64,000 nt of DNA, taken from Eremomyces bilateralis CBS 781.70 (taxonomy: Eukaryota). A program made the translations under genes and the position numbers. Each line of letters begins with the position of its first letter. Within the stretch, counting starts at the first letter, position 1. The notes beneath the pieces were generated by a model that was not told the origin of the DNA, made no database searches, and worked only from the letters and a program-made list of their open reading frames with translations. Where the stretch lies: the NCBI GenBank assembly GCA_010015585.1, contig ML975150.1; one strand, 5' to 3'. Shown in pieces: positions 15,126 through 28,094 of the stretch.

Positions 15126-16044
15126 AGTTCCGGCGGTGCTGCATAAAAAGAACCAGAAACAGTAAGCGAAATGAGTAAGACGAGGACTGCGGACAAGAAT
15201 GAATAGACGGTTTTTTAATTCTAATAGGACTCCGATATAAATGAAAGATGATAAGATATATGGTGTATGTCAAACTGAATGTGAGAATCTGATATCAAAT
15301 CTCCAATGGAATTGAAACAAGAACTTTCGCCTTGGCAAGGGGAGACAAACTTCTTCCGCAGTACAACTTCCTGGAGATGTGATATTTCTCGTTCGTGTTT
15401 TGTTTAAGTAAAGGTACTTCGAATCAAGACTCTACGAAGTCCGGATTTCATCATCTAATTACTGCTGTCAACTGGAGGTTACAACTTAGCAGAAATCCGT
15501 CGTTTTTATAAACGCAACTGTGTCACGTCTGCAATCCGGTCAACTCCTCAGCTACCACCACCTCCTCCACCACCACGACATCCCACCAGATCTTCTATCC
15601 TCGTTCCACTACTCCTTTCACCAATCTTCACTCCCCTCCACCCGGAAGTCTCCTATATCTTCCCAATTCTCGCCTTTTTAGGCGAGCCCACATTCGCTCA
15701 TCGTGGCGTCGTTAATCGAATCCCACCTAATTAACCCGCTCCGCGACCTTGGCAGCAGTCCCTTCATCTTTAAGCCGGACGGATCGCTCGCGTGGTCGAC
15801 GACGCTTCGATCTACAGTCCGGTCAGCACGCGAGATATCGGCCAATCTGGTGCGGAATATCCCCGACGAAGTCCTCGCCGTGTTACCGGAACAACTACGG
15901 GGCATATTGAAAGAACCGGCACAACCTCCAAGCACCCTCTCCCGGCTTCTCGAGTCCGTCTACGACCCCACGACCCTCATCAGCATCTTTCTCCTCTTCC
16001 TTACTATCGTCCTCCTCCACCGCCACCTCTTCCCTCACTCCAAA

Positions 16045-17067
16045 ATGTCGTGGTCGTCCCGCCTCCCCTCCTGGGGGAGTCGCTTTAGCCCCTTCAGTCG
16101 GAGCCCTGTATCCCCAGTATCCCCCGCCGAAGTCTCCGAATCCGACTACTCCTATATCACCGCGTCCGATATCGACCGGCCTACCACCCACACAACTAGT
16201 ACCCACACACACCATCACCACCACCACCACCACCACCGCTCTCCCCCCTTCGGCGACCCCCCTCAAGAGGTCCCCGGCGGCTCGCACACCGATGTCCTCC
16301 TCCTAAAACACCGCTCCGTCGCCTATCCCGTGCACTACCCCCGGGACACCATCGCCTCCGGGCATCTCCTCGTCGGCGACATCCGCTCCATGGCCGCCAA
16401 GAAGCTCTCCACCTCCCCCGCCGCCTCCACCGCCGCCTCCCCCATCGACCCCCGCCGCATCAACCTCCTCTACCGCGGCCAAAAGCTCACCAACGACGAC
16501 CTCCCCGCCCGCGACGCCGGCTTCCGCAGCGGCGTCGACCGCTCCAACGAGATCCTCGTCCTCCTCTCCGGCCGACCTGGCAACGACGGCGCCTCCGACG
16601 ACGACGCCTCCATCACCGCCTCCGACGCCGACGCGACGTCCGCCGCATCCAGCCCCAACGCCTCCAAGAAGAAACCCCGCAAAAAGCGCGGCAAGAAGGC
16701 CGCCGCCAAGGCCCGCCCATCGGACGCCGCCAGCGGCGCCTCCACCCCAGCGTCCAGCAGTTCCATCCCTCCCGCGCCGCCGTTCCCGCCCGCTAGCGAC
16801 CCGGCCGGGCAGCTCGCGGCACTCACGCAGCATTTCCGGCAGGCGCTAGTGCCGAGCGCGGAGCGGTTCCTGAGCGCGCCGCCGGCGGACGCGGCGGCGC
16901 GGCGGTTCGATCATAAGCGAATCACGGAGACGATCTTGCAGCAGGTGCTGTTGAAGCTGGATGCGGTGGAGGTGGATGGGCGGGAGGATTTGCGGGCGAT
17001 GCGAAAGGGGTTGGTGAAGGAGGTGCAGGGGTGGTTTGGGAGGCTGGATGATGTGGTGAAAGAGTGA
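16045..17067 (+). CDS. BAG-domain Hsp70 co-chaperone with a ubiquitin-like domain; possible GUG-initiated extension from 15703
   Basis: MSWSSRLPSW...; UBL-like RINLLYRGQKLTNDD; C-terminal BAG domain HKRITETILQQVLLKLDAVEVDGREDLRAMRKGLVKEVQGWFGRLD. Single exon. Confidence 0.88.
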   Translation: MSWSSRLPSWGSRFSPFSRSPVSPVSPAEVSESDYSYITASDIDRPTTHTTSTHTHHHHHHHHHRSPPFGDPPQEVPGGSHTDVLLLKHRSVAYPVHYPRDTIASGHLLVGDIRSMAAKKLSTSPAASTAASPIDPRRINLLYRGQKLTNDDLPARDAGFRSGVDRSNEILVLLSGRPGNDGASDDDASITASDADATSAASSPNASKKKPRKKRGKKAAAKARPSDAASGASTPASSSSIPPAPPFPPASDPAGQLAALTQHFRQALVPSAERFLSAPPADAAARRFDHKRITETILQQVLLKLDAVEVDGREDLRAMRKGLVKEVQGWFGRLDDVVKE

Positions 17068-17753
17068 AAGTGAAATGATTAGGAGCGGAAGGCCGGAGGT
17101 TTGCAGTGTCCGCCCTGTTTTGAACGGGGTTTCTCTACTCTTGGCTTTTGGATGTATGACGGACGTCGCTTGGGAATTTGGGTTGGATATGGCCCCCTGC
17201 AAGGCGTTCGCAGGGAGAATGATGCCGGTCTTTGGGCATTGTGCATAGCCTGTGTTACCCGGGAATATGGTAGGCATTGCACGGCTGCATTGAGCGGTAC
17301 CGTATGATATCAAAAGGAATAGACCCAAAAGATTTGTTTTCCATATTCAAAATTGCGCCAACCTCGTTGGTGTGCGCTTTACATATTCTTCGTTCTCCCT
17401 GGATATCTGCTGCGTAAGACCTCAAAAATGCACGCAACCAGCGATTTCAGCAAACGTTAATTTTTGACATAATTTAGCCTGCTTCAAGCTCCGTAGAACT
17501 GAGACCTTCATTGGACTTTCCCCACCCCATTTTATCCAGCCCGTCTAGAAAGTCCAAGGAAGTCCGTCCTGAGTATCCAGCCACCGATCCCGAATGGAAG
17601 TGTCCGGCATCGCAGCTCCACCCATCCATCGTCTAGGCATCCTGTCGCAAAAGAGAAATGTGATCTTCGTTATCGAGGATATGCCACGGAAAACGTAGCC
17701 AGAGGAACCGGAAGGGAAAGGGCGTAAGTTGACGTGAGCCGAAAAGCCGAAAG

Positions 17754-17778
17754 ATGAGGACGACGACGACGATGATGG

Positions 17779-17810
<32 letters not shown>

Positions 17811-17820
17811 CCCTTGATGA
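17754..17820 (+). repeat. (GAT/GAC)n trinucleotide microsatellite just downstream of the PAS kinase stop
   Basis: gatgaggacgacgacgacgatgatggtgatgatgat... read directly. Confidence 0.9.
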
Positions 17821-18000
17821 CCTAAAATGCAAACCTCGGGAAACGGAGAAGGGTGGGAAATTCCAGAGTGAGAATAAACGGCGATTGATCGGGATCTAAT
17901 AATGGTATATCCGCATCTATCAGTCCTGCGAGCGTTCAGGATCCTTCGACCTCCTCTTCTCGCCTCCTTTCCCTTTTCCTTGTCCTTTCCAATCCCATGC

Positions 18001-21000
18001 TCACGTCCACTTCCCTTCCTCTCCCCCCTCCGCCTCCCGACACCACCCACTCTCCATCACCTGCCCGATCGTCACCCGCTGCTCTACGTCGCGGTCCAGC
18101 ATGCGCCGCACCAGGTCGATGCTCTCGTCCGACATGACGTACGGCACGCGCAGGTCGTGGTCCATGATCTCGTCGATGGAGTAGAACGGGTTCTCCTTGT
18201 AGATGATCGTGTACAGCAGGATGCCGAGCGCCCACACATCCTGCTCTTTGCCGCGGTAGGAGCGGCCGGCGAGGACTTCGGGGGCGGCGTAGTCTGGGGG
18301 GAGGGATTAGCGGATGGGTTCGGGATGGTTGAAGAAGAAGGAACTAAGAAAATATAGGGGGGACATACCAATCGTCCCGACAAACACATCAAACGGCCCG
18401 TTCTTGAGATACGCCGCGCTCCCGAAATCGATCAACTTGATATTCCCTTCCCCATCCAAGATGACGTTCTCATCCTTGATGTCGCGATGCACCACCTTCG
18501 CCTTCGTATGCAGATGATGCACCGCGCTGGCCACCTGCACGAAGATCTTCCGACACTCCGCCTCCTCCATGTTCACCCGCAGCTCGATGTAGTCGAACAG
18601 GTCCATCCCGGGCAGCCCGTGCGGAACCATGCAAATGTAGTAGTTCACGTCGTCCTCGAAGAAGTCGGACATCTCCACGATGTTCGCGTGCCGCAGCCCG
18701 TCGCGCCGGAGGTAGTCCAACACGTGGATCTCGAGCGGGACGGTGCCGAGGCGACGGTCACGCGTCCACGTGTCCACGAGGATCCGCCGCTTCGTAACGT
18801 ACTTCACGACTACTTTGGAGTTAGTGCGCTTGAAGCGGCAGAGTTTCACCTGTCCGTAGGCGCCTTGGCCCATGTCCTCCAGGACGGCGAATTCCTCGAT
18901 GGACTTCTTGGGCTTCGAGGGGGTGGGGTCGGTGGGGGGCACGATGTGGTTCCGCGCCGTGGCGTCGAGGGACGGGTGATCGCGGGCGTTGGTGACTTCA
19001 GCGGTGGCATGCACGTCGCTGGTGACGGGGGGGCTGGCGGTCGAGCGGAGTTGTTGGGTGAGGAGGGATTTCGCGGGAGAGATGTCGTGATTGAGAGAGT
19101 CGGGAACGCGCTCGTGTGGGAGTCGAGGCGATTCCTCGCGTGGAAAGTCGGAGGAGGCGCGCTCGCTTCCGCTGTCTTCGTGCTTGAGTACGACGACCCC
19201 CTTTTGACCAGGGCTGGGCTGGTGGGGTGGAGTGCCTGGACGGGAGACTAGTGGGGTGAGGGGACCTTCGCCATGGCTTGCGGCGTGGAGTTGGCGGGAG
19301 TAGGTGATCCAGAGTGCGTAGACGAGCTGGGAGTTTGTGTCGGGCGGTTGGATGTTCGGGTCGGATTCATCGACGACGACGTCGCTGACGTGGGAGCTGT
19401 GTGAGGGATGTGGCGAGCGACTCTCTTTCGGAGACGAGCTCACGACGCGCATTTGGCAGTCGACCATGATGTCTGTCCCAACGCGGTGTTTGGCTTTCAA
19501 TCCGTGCGGTCGATTCCACGAGTCCTCGGCGAGTGATGCTGCGCTTGGGCCAAGGTGATCTCGTAAAGAGCGGAGTGCTCGAGCGCGTCGGAAGCTATGC
19601 TCGGGGACCACGATGCCGTCCGTCAATTCGACGGGCTCCTCTTCTTCGATGACCTCGAGGAGACGGCTAAACCCGGGAATGAGCTCGTCGATCGGCAACC
19701 CGGTGGGCGAAGGCTGGCCGAACAAGGCTGATGAGAAGACCGAATTGGCCGATGATACTGTCAGGTCTTCTGACGAGAGCACTACGATGCCGGCGATATG
19801 CGGGAATGATGAGATGCGGAAGAGCGTGTCGTAGGGACCGAGTTGAGGAGTGAGGGGAGTTTGTGGCCGTGAAGTGGCCGTCGCATCTGGCAAGTCTGCA
19901 GGTGAAGTGAATATCTGAACCGCTGACTCCGCGGAAACCGGCTCCATGGTGATGGGAATGTGAATGCCTGTGGTCATCTTCGCCGTGAAGTATGGCCACC
20001 GTTCAATTTGCTCCAGATCCAACGCCCCTGTGTTCGTTCCCTTTAATCGCGGAACGCCCTTCACCAACCGCAATAGGTCCTGTCCGCGCCGAATGCGTTC
20101 GACGCCCCAGATTTTGAGGACGTCGCCCCAGGCGCGTACAACGCATCCCGTTTCGTCCACGGCGACAAAGGCGGCGTCTTCGGCGATCTCTTCTAGCACC
20201 CAAATCAGGCTGCCACGCTTCTCTTTCACCCACAAGCTCGCGGACCCGACGGCACCATTCCGCTTGACGATCGGTACGACGTCACCGCACAACAGCACCC
20301 CTCTGCTATTCTCCTTCGAATGGCGACCATGCAACGGCGGATTCTCCTCTTGCGGCTTCGGTACTAGTTCTGGTGTAGACGAGTCCTTCCCATTGTTGCT
20401 GCGTCGTTTATTCGAGTATCGACTCGGTGGTTTCGACAACAATTTCGCAGTGACCCCGCTACCAAGTGAAGAGAGCAGCCCGCTCGCCGGGCTTTCCTGC
20501 CCTGATCCATTCCCTCCATTCCCTCCATTCCCAGGCGGACTCGCACCCCGACTTGACGCCGAGTCCTGACCCGGATCTTCCAGCTCCGCCATCAACTTCC
20601 CACGAAGCCAATCCCGACGCTCCTCTTTAACGACCTCGAGGATCCCAAGCTTCCGCACCTCGGCCCGCGTCACGCCGAAAACGAGACATGCAAGGTCGTT
20701 CGCCGCAGTGATGGTCCAGGGGCTCGCGGACTCGGTGGTGAAGATGGCTTGGGCGGCGGCGCGGAAGCGCGTTCCGTGGCCGTGGGGGGCGGTGGCGGCG
20801 GTGGCGCCGTGCGATCCGGCAAAGGAGCCGAGAGCTTGGAGGTTGGCGGTGGAGACGGCGGCGGCGGTGCGCGAGGGGGGGTGGACGGATTGGGGGTGCG
20901 TACCGGGTGGCTCGTTGACGTTGTATGGCTGGGCGAGGGCGTCGGCGAGGCGGGATTGGAGTTCGAGGGGGCCGACATCGGTGAGGGTTCGTTTGAGGGA

Positions 21001-22397
21001 AGCCCGGGGTGGGTTGAATTTCGAGACCTTGTGCTGTTCCATATTTGGCGGAGAGGCCTTCGGCGCGGACGAGGATATAGATCGCTCGTCTTCCTCCAGA
21101 ATTACATTGCTCACGGCGCTCATCCGAATCGGTTGGGGATCGTTCAATGCCCCCGAAGCCCCGTCCCACGGCTCCAACTTCTGCAATTCCGGATGTCCGT
21201 CAAGCGACGATGTGGGGCTCTCCGTCTGCATACCAAAGCTTTTCTCAAAGATATTCTCCCCGCTCACATCCGCCGGCCCCGTCAATGGCCCTTGTAGCCC
21301 CAACCCTTGCGCCTCGATCAAATTCGCTCGGGCCAACAGCTCCATCATACTCTGTACCTCCTGATCCCCACTCATCCGGGCCTGCGCGTTCGCAAGGCCC
21401 TGATTCGATGCCGCCCAGCCCATCTTTGCGCCCATGAAGTCGATAGAGCGGCGCAGGACATTCTGGCGGTTATGCAGCAGTTCCTCGGACTGCTGCGCGA
21501 AGGAGAAGGAGTGGAGGGACTCGGAGGGGAAGCGGTTGAGGTCTTCGCTGAAGTGGAGCGCTAGGGAGGCGTGGCCGGGGTCGTGGGCAAACTGATCCCG
21601 CGGCGGGGGGAAGGAGAGGGTCATGGAGGAGGAGCGGGTAGTGGAGCCCGGTGTGCGGGCGCCAACGGGAGTGCGGGCGGGGTGTTGGCGGATGCGGCGA
21701 AGGCCAGACGATCCCAGGCCATGTTCGTGCTCGGGAATGATGGGCGTTCTGGCAGGTAAGGGTACAGTTAGACATGTTATTCCGCGTTCGATTAGCGCCA
21801 TGACATCGTGGCACGGAGGCGATCGAAGTCCGGAGAGCTAGAGCCATTTGTCATACCTTGAAAGAAGGTCCAAACTATTCGCATCCAACGAAAATCGAGC
21901 TCTTGGAATGTCCAGCCCTGTCGCCCCGGCCTGCCTCAAGAGATTGCTGGTGCTTTTGTTCGTTCTGATTTTAATCTCGTCTTGTGATGTGAGGATATGG
22001 GTCGAGGGGGGGTTGGTTTCGCTGATACTCGGTTGTAAGGTGCCTAGAGTCACAAGATCGAAGTAAGCGGGAGGTTCGAATGAATGGTCCTGATGCTGAA
22101 GTATATGTTGCAATTGCTGGGGAAAACTAAGCACAACCAGATCTCATAATCTCGATCGAATCAGGAAACTGAGTACACATGCTCTATGCCACAGTGCCCC
22201 GGATTTGGTTACGAGGCACTAGATTATTCCCCATCTCGTCTGAGCCTATCTCCGCGGGAAGGTCGGATTACCCAGCCCACGGTGGCACCGAACCATCCAG
22301 GCCACGGAGCAAGGCGAGACGGGGATAACCGGTCCTTGGATCCCTCGGTGCATAGTATATAGACGCATCTTCCAAGAAAAGCCGCACGACTCACCAT
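18001..22397 (-). CDS. PAS-domain serine/threonine kinase (Psk1/Psk2/Ppk6 family)
   Basis: PAS-like AQAIFTTESASPWTITAANDLACLVFG. Kinase motifs MGQGAYGQV, RILVDTWTRDRRLGTVPLEIHVL, HRDIKDEN, DFGSA, GTI|DYAAPEV. Proposed exons 22397-22395, 22116-21857, 21748-18368, ~18292-18001; the 5' exons are less certain. Confidence 0.9.
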
Positions 22398-24287
22398 GAT
22401 CTTCTGGCGAGGTCATCACCCTCTGAAAAGCAAAGCCGGGCGTCTGTCACAGCCAGCAGCGCAGGGCACAGGTGAGACGAGACGGAACCGGCGTGGGAAA
22501 GGCGGGATCGATATCGGGGGAGGTGGATGGTAGAGGTACAGTAACTCGGGTAGATGTCACTAGTACGGCGGATATATACGATTGCAAGTCTTTTCGAAAT
22601 GGCTGGGTGATGGCGAGTCGAGAATTCGAGAGAACCGGAGGGGTCGAGCGGACTTGAGTCTTGGTACTTCGGGTCAGGTAGGGCAACTTGCGAGGATGAT
22701 CATATAGGCGTGGTACCTATATCGGTGTCCAGGACAGGTTCATGAGGAAGCCCATGGGGTGACGTTGGGATGGAATATGGATGCTTGGGGGAGAAGCAAG
22801 CGGGGCGGAAATCGGACACAGGAGGTAATGATCACCGGCAGGGTTTTGGATGAGGGTAGTTCGAGAAGGGCCAGATGGTGAAAAGATAGATGTTCGAGCA
22901 AGGTAGATATCAAAGCATTGAAGAGAGCAAAGAGGGGATATGGGAGAGATGGACGATGCAGCGGAGATGCACCAAGCTGATCTGATCTGGTGGCAGTGCG
23001 GGATGAATGACTGACGGATGCGATGGAACGGAATGAGATCGTCGTGTGCGGTGGAGCTGCAGCCACGAACCAACAAACAGGAGTATCTGCAATAAATGAC
23101 CTCCGTCAACCCTTAATCACCGTTACGGCGGATTATGTGACTAACTTTAACTATAGACGGTAATATGTCTGACCACTCATGTCTCCACGATGAACAGATG
23201 AGAAGTGTCGTGGAGGTGAAAAGGGAGAACCAGTGTCCCGCATCTGGCTTGTGATCAATTCCTGTCCACGCTGCAAGTCTCAAAACGATATTATATCGAT
23301 TTCGATTCAATCCCTCCCGCCTGAAACACTCCCCAGATCCGTGACTCGATTCGACTCAACTCGACCCCAAAGTCCCAGATGACCCGATCTCGCGGACTCC
23401 TCAGATCACCGGTACATCCCAATATTACCCCCCGTTGGCGCTATTTGTGTGCCCCGAAGACCCTGATTCTTCAACGCAGTAGGGACGCCATCTGTTGCCC
23501 AGCCACGGGGTGAATCGGTGGAACCGCGCCGGCTTGATCCCCATCGATCGGCCGGTGGGAATCAGGAACCGGTAGGGTGCTCCGTCGCGTCCCGTCGACA
23601 GGACATAAGGCGTAGATACATAAATGACCCGGTAATGGGTTAGGGAACGTACCTATCTATCGTACTTCTCGATGAACAATATAAATCCGGTACAACTCGG
23701 GCGACGCATCCGTTCTGCACCCGCGTATATTGCCGTGCTGAGTTCTGACATTCCTACCATCCCACGTCGACCAGCGCGTCGGGACGCCTACAGCGCCATC
23801 GAGGAGCGAGGAGCCGCGGTATGCGTTGGATCATAGATGTAAGGCGGTGGAATCTGATATCGGGGATGGACGACAGGGGACGAAGGCTCCGATGGGGAGG
23901 TTGCTGTGCGTAAGTGGGTAGGTTCGTGCCGGACAAGGGAAGTAGAAGTAGAGTCGACGGCAAGCAGAAGACGAGGACTAGGTAGTTATAGAATATTTTA
24001 GATTAGAGAGCACCGATACATAAACCCCTGGCAATGATGATCGCGACCGTTCGCCGTCCAACCCTCGAAACGCTCGATATGAGGATTACGTCACAGATGA
24101 TATTCAGGTCGCGACAGCTCTGCTTTTCTGTAGTACGACCACCAGCATCCACTCCGCAACGTTGAACTCTTGGTGCAACTTCGTCTCGGCCGGCAATAAC
24201 CCATATCCCCGATCCCATCTCTGATAGCAGTGCTACCCATCAATTTGACTTCCTTCGCCCCACGAACCACGATCCGATCTCCCTCCC

Positions 24288-26943
24288 TCACCATAACGGC
24301 ACTCCCCCATCCTCATNNNNNNNNNNNNNNNNNNNNNNNNNNNNNNNNNNNNNNNNNNNNNNNNNNNNNNNNNNNNNNNNNNNNNNNNNNNNNNNNNNNN
24401 NNNNNNNNNNNNNNNNNNNNNNNNNNNNNNNNNNNNNNNNNNNNNNNNNCTCAATCCCCCCACCCGCCTCCTGCCCCCTCATCTGCGCCTCCACTCGCAT
24501 CGAATGCAGCGTATATTCCCGCATCTCCTTCGGCCCCGCTTCCCCGCCATCCTTCGTCCCCGCCCCGTCATTCCACCCTTCCGCCTCCTCCTTCGCCCGC
24601 TCCACCAGCTCTGACATCTGCGACTCGAGCCGCGCCGCCGATCGTTCGCGCCGCCATTTGTCGAGCTGGGATTCGTTGAGCCCCAGGGGCTCTGCATCCT
24701 GCAGCGACACGGCGGCTAATGCATTGGATAGGCCGGACTGGTCGCGGGGTGCCTTGCCGCCGTCGGATGGGTCGTCGTCGACGATGGTGCGGACGGCCGG
24801 GTTGGATTTCCGGCCGGCGGCTTCGCGGACGGCCACGCCGAGGAAGAGCTGCAGGGTGTAGACGGCGTCGTTGCCAGCGTTATGGAGATGCCAGGCGGCG
24901 ATCTGGACTTCCACAAGGCAGCTAGCGAGGCCTTGGCCGCGGGGGTCGCGGGTGTGGGCCTTCCAGAGCGGGATGGTGTCCATGATCTCGAGGATCCGGT
25001 TGCCGAGATTGAGCGGGTTATAGCCGATACGCTGGAGGTATTCGAGGTCGTTCTTGATATCGTGTCCTAGGATAACGACTTTGGTATTCGGGCTACCCTC
25101 AGGGAGGGTTGGCTGGGACACGGGTGTGGATGCAGGCGCTTCATTTGCCTGATTTCGCAAGATCTTATCAACCCCGATGTTGATTCCAGCGGAGTACGGT
25201 TCCTTGAAGCACGACGCGATGGCTTTGGGTGCGTCGGCGAGGGAGATGACTTCGGTCTCACCGAAACGGAACTTGTCAGGGCAGCCACCGACGAACTCAT
25301 GGTTGACAAGATGCTTATGATCCTTGATCAGAAAATGTCGAGCTCGAATGTGGTTGCGCCAGTTTTGGCCTTCGGGGCCAGGAACCGCATTGCCAGGGAG
25401 AACCAGATCATAGGTATCTAGCGTGGCGATACCTATTTCGGTGATCTTACTGTGATCTCGCTCGTAGGATTCGATATCCACACAGACGATGATGATTCGT
25501 TGATCGAAACGGTAAGGAGCAGGCTTATCGGGATCGATAGGTCCCGGCGTGCTATCCACCTGTTGTAGGTAAGAAGGATGCAGTATGTCTTTGTTCATGT
25601 TAGCCTCAAGTTTGGTGAGGAGAAATCGGACTTTCAAAGCCTACCTTGCGGCTGGTTCCTGGGAAGAAGCCCCAAATAACATTGGGCTCGTTTCAGCTGA
25701 CTGCCCCAAAGGCTCTGCTGCTGAACACGTTCTGCTCGCTTCCTAGCCTTCTGCGCCTTGCTCTTATTCTTCCCCATTTCCACCGCGTCGTCATACATCC
25801 GCTTGAACTCTTCAAAGGTACCCTTGCCAGGGTCGGGGAGTTTCTTCTCCCCCGGGCCACGGTAGGTAGGAGGAGGTGCACCGGATTCCATGATATTGAG
25901 GTGGTCTTTCGATTTACACTTGCCAAGGTACCGTGGGAGACAGTTGTGGTTTGCAGGAAATTCGTAGAAGAGGCCGATCTCACGCCAGTACGCAACCGCA
26001 CCGATTTTGATCTCAGGAAAAGCTTTCTGAATTTCCTTCAGTAAAGCGATGAATTGCGTTGCAGGAATCAGCAAGAGAGCGTTGTACGTGTGGGGATGCC
26101 ACAGATAAAACCTAAGTGGATCGAGCAGTTAATAATGAGTGACAGAAGGGTCAATACGAACGACTCAGGCTGTGGCTGCCTGAGACCTGAAGGTACAATG
26201 AGAGTGAATTGGACAATCACTTACACTTCCCAAGGCCTCTCATGGAATTTCCCTGCATTAAAGAAGCGATCCGCAATCTTCTCCGAGTGCTCTTTGGGGG
26301 CAAACTTGTATGGAAACTTCGCTGCCGCGACAATCGGCACAAACTCCTCCCCTGGTGCAGAGAGGTCTCCACGAGTCCAAACTTTCTTTCCGGTTGCGTC
26401 CCTGATGGTGGCGTCAAGGGATTGATTTTCGTCCCCAGATTCCACGTTCATGTCCTGCAGGTCTTCGGACTTGGCGGACTGGATTTCGAACACGTAATCG
26501 TCCACGGAATCGTTTTCGTCTTTGGGGTGTTTGCCGATATCGTAGACGTCAGCCCCCGCCTTCACATCATCGATGAATTGTCTCTCTTCCTCTGGCGAAA
26601 TGACCGTTTCCCCTTGTTCGTCCTCCAGATTCGTCAGTGACGGTGCTACTCGGATAGGAAGAACGGTAGAATTGCCATCGGTGACATTGCTCGAAACTGC
26701 AGAATAGGTAGAGTCTCTAACGGTGCTCTTCACATGCTCACTTTCATCAGTAGCCAAGTCGTCATCAGCACGCGGAATCTTAGAGTTAGGGTAAGAATTG
26801 CCAGAATTAGCTCCAGACTCCAGGGCAGTTGTCGATGCGGCTCCCTCTTCAGTTTCGGAGGCGCTTTCGTCAGGTGGAAGATCCGGAACGGGCTCCACTT
26901 CTGTACGAAGCATTTGTTTGAGTCGTTCTGCTCGGGATGTCAT
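24288..26943 (-). CDS. qip: QDE-2-interacting protein (QIP)-like / Gfd2-YDR514C-family DEDDh exonuclease; 3' end crosses an N gap
   Basis: FVPIVAAAKFPYKF; VCVDIESYE...ITEIGIATLDT; ILGHDIKNDLEYL; WHLHNAGNDAVYTL. Exons 26943-26225, 26111-25645 and 25588 into the gap. The stop position is uncertain. Confidence 0.8.
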
Positions 26944-28094
26944 TTAGTGAGAGGATCAGGTGGTGAACTCGCTGGATCTGATAAGTTGGTGACGTCGCAA
27001 GAGATTGAGGGTGGTATATGTAAGAGAGAGAGGGGTGGAGACTGAGAGGTGGAATAGATGGTGAAGTATCAAATCTGATGAACGTCGTTTGATGAATGAG
27101 ACACAGCACCGGCAAATGCCTTTATGCAAATGCCATCTTAAGCTGAGCACAAGAAACCGGCTGTGACTTGTGGTGAAAAGTCGGTGGCATCAAGACACAA
27201 AGTAGATGGTCATGTGCAGACTTGGAGAGAGACAACGTCTAAAGCGCGAAACACCATACAACGCAAAGGAACCATCAAACTTCCGTCATCAAGGAAATCA
27301 TCGGTATTGGAATCTGAAGCACCGTCACTTCACTAGGTTGACGTGGTTCCCCTTCGTGTTCACTTCTCCAGCCTAACCGCATATTTGCACGCACCTAAAC
27401 ATCGTTCGTCGGGGGATGATGGAGATGATGAGATACGGAACGTCAGAGTGGAGAGGGACACACCGATACACTAAGAATTACCTACCCGCGTCGTGGAGGC
27501 CGGAGAGACGGGTGGAAGTCGGAATGGTCGCCTCTACTTGCCGTTTATATTCCAGGTTCCTGTTGCGGCGTTGATCCATTGCTCGATTCGTTGGAGACTC
27601 GTGGGGGCAAAGGGGTCTTCACTCGGCTGTGGAAGCATGGAGAATCACGGCCGGGGACCGGTAAAACACGGAATTGCTAATAGATGTACGTATGGCAATT
27701 GAATCGTTGGAATGATATTATTATGTACTTAGCTTCGAGGACAGCGAATCCTACGATATACGAGACGATCACTCGATATATGTATATGCGGCAAGTCGAG
27801 ACGAGAGACGCGCTAGCACGTGACTACATTTCAAAGGGGATAGCCAGATGGCAGAGGAGAGATTCTGTGATGAGGCACTGGCTGTGGAAAGCAAGAGTAG
27901 AAATGAGCAGGAAATGCATTATAAACTCTAATGTGCTGCGCGGGACTGTATCTACAATGCTCCGTACCAACTCCTAAAAGCCCACGACCAGAGAATGGTG
28001 GAATGCCTTTGGAAGAAAATGACCAGCATACACCATACTCTCGCCAATCCATAATGAAATATCAGGACATCAACATCACGCCTCCATCTCCACC

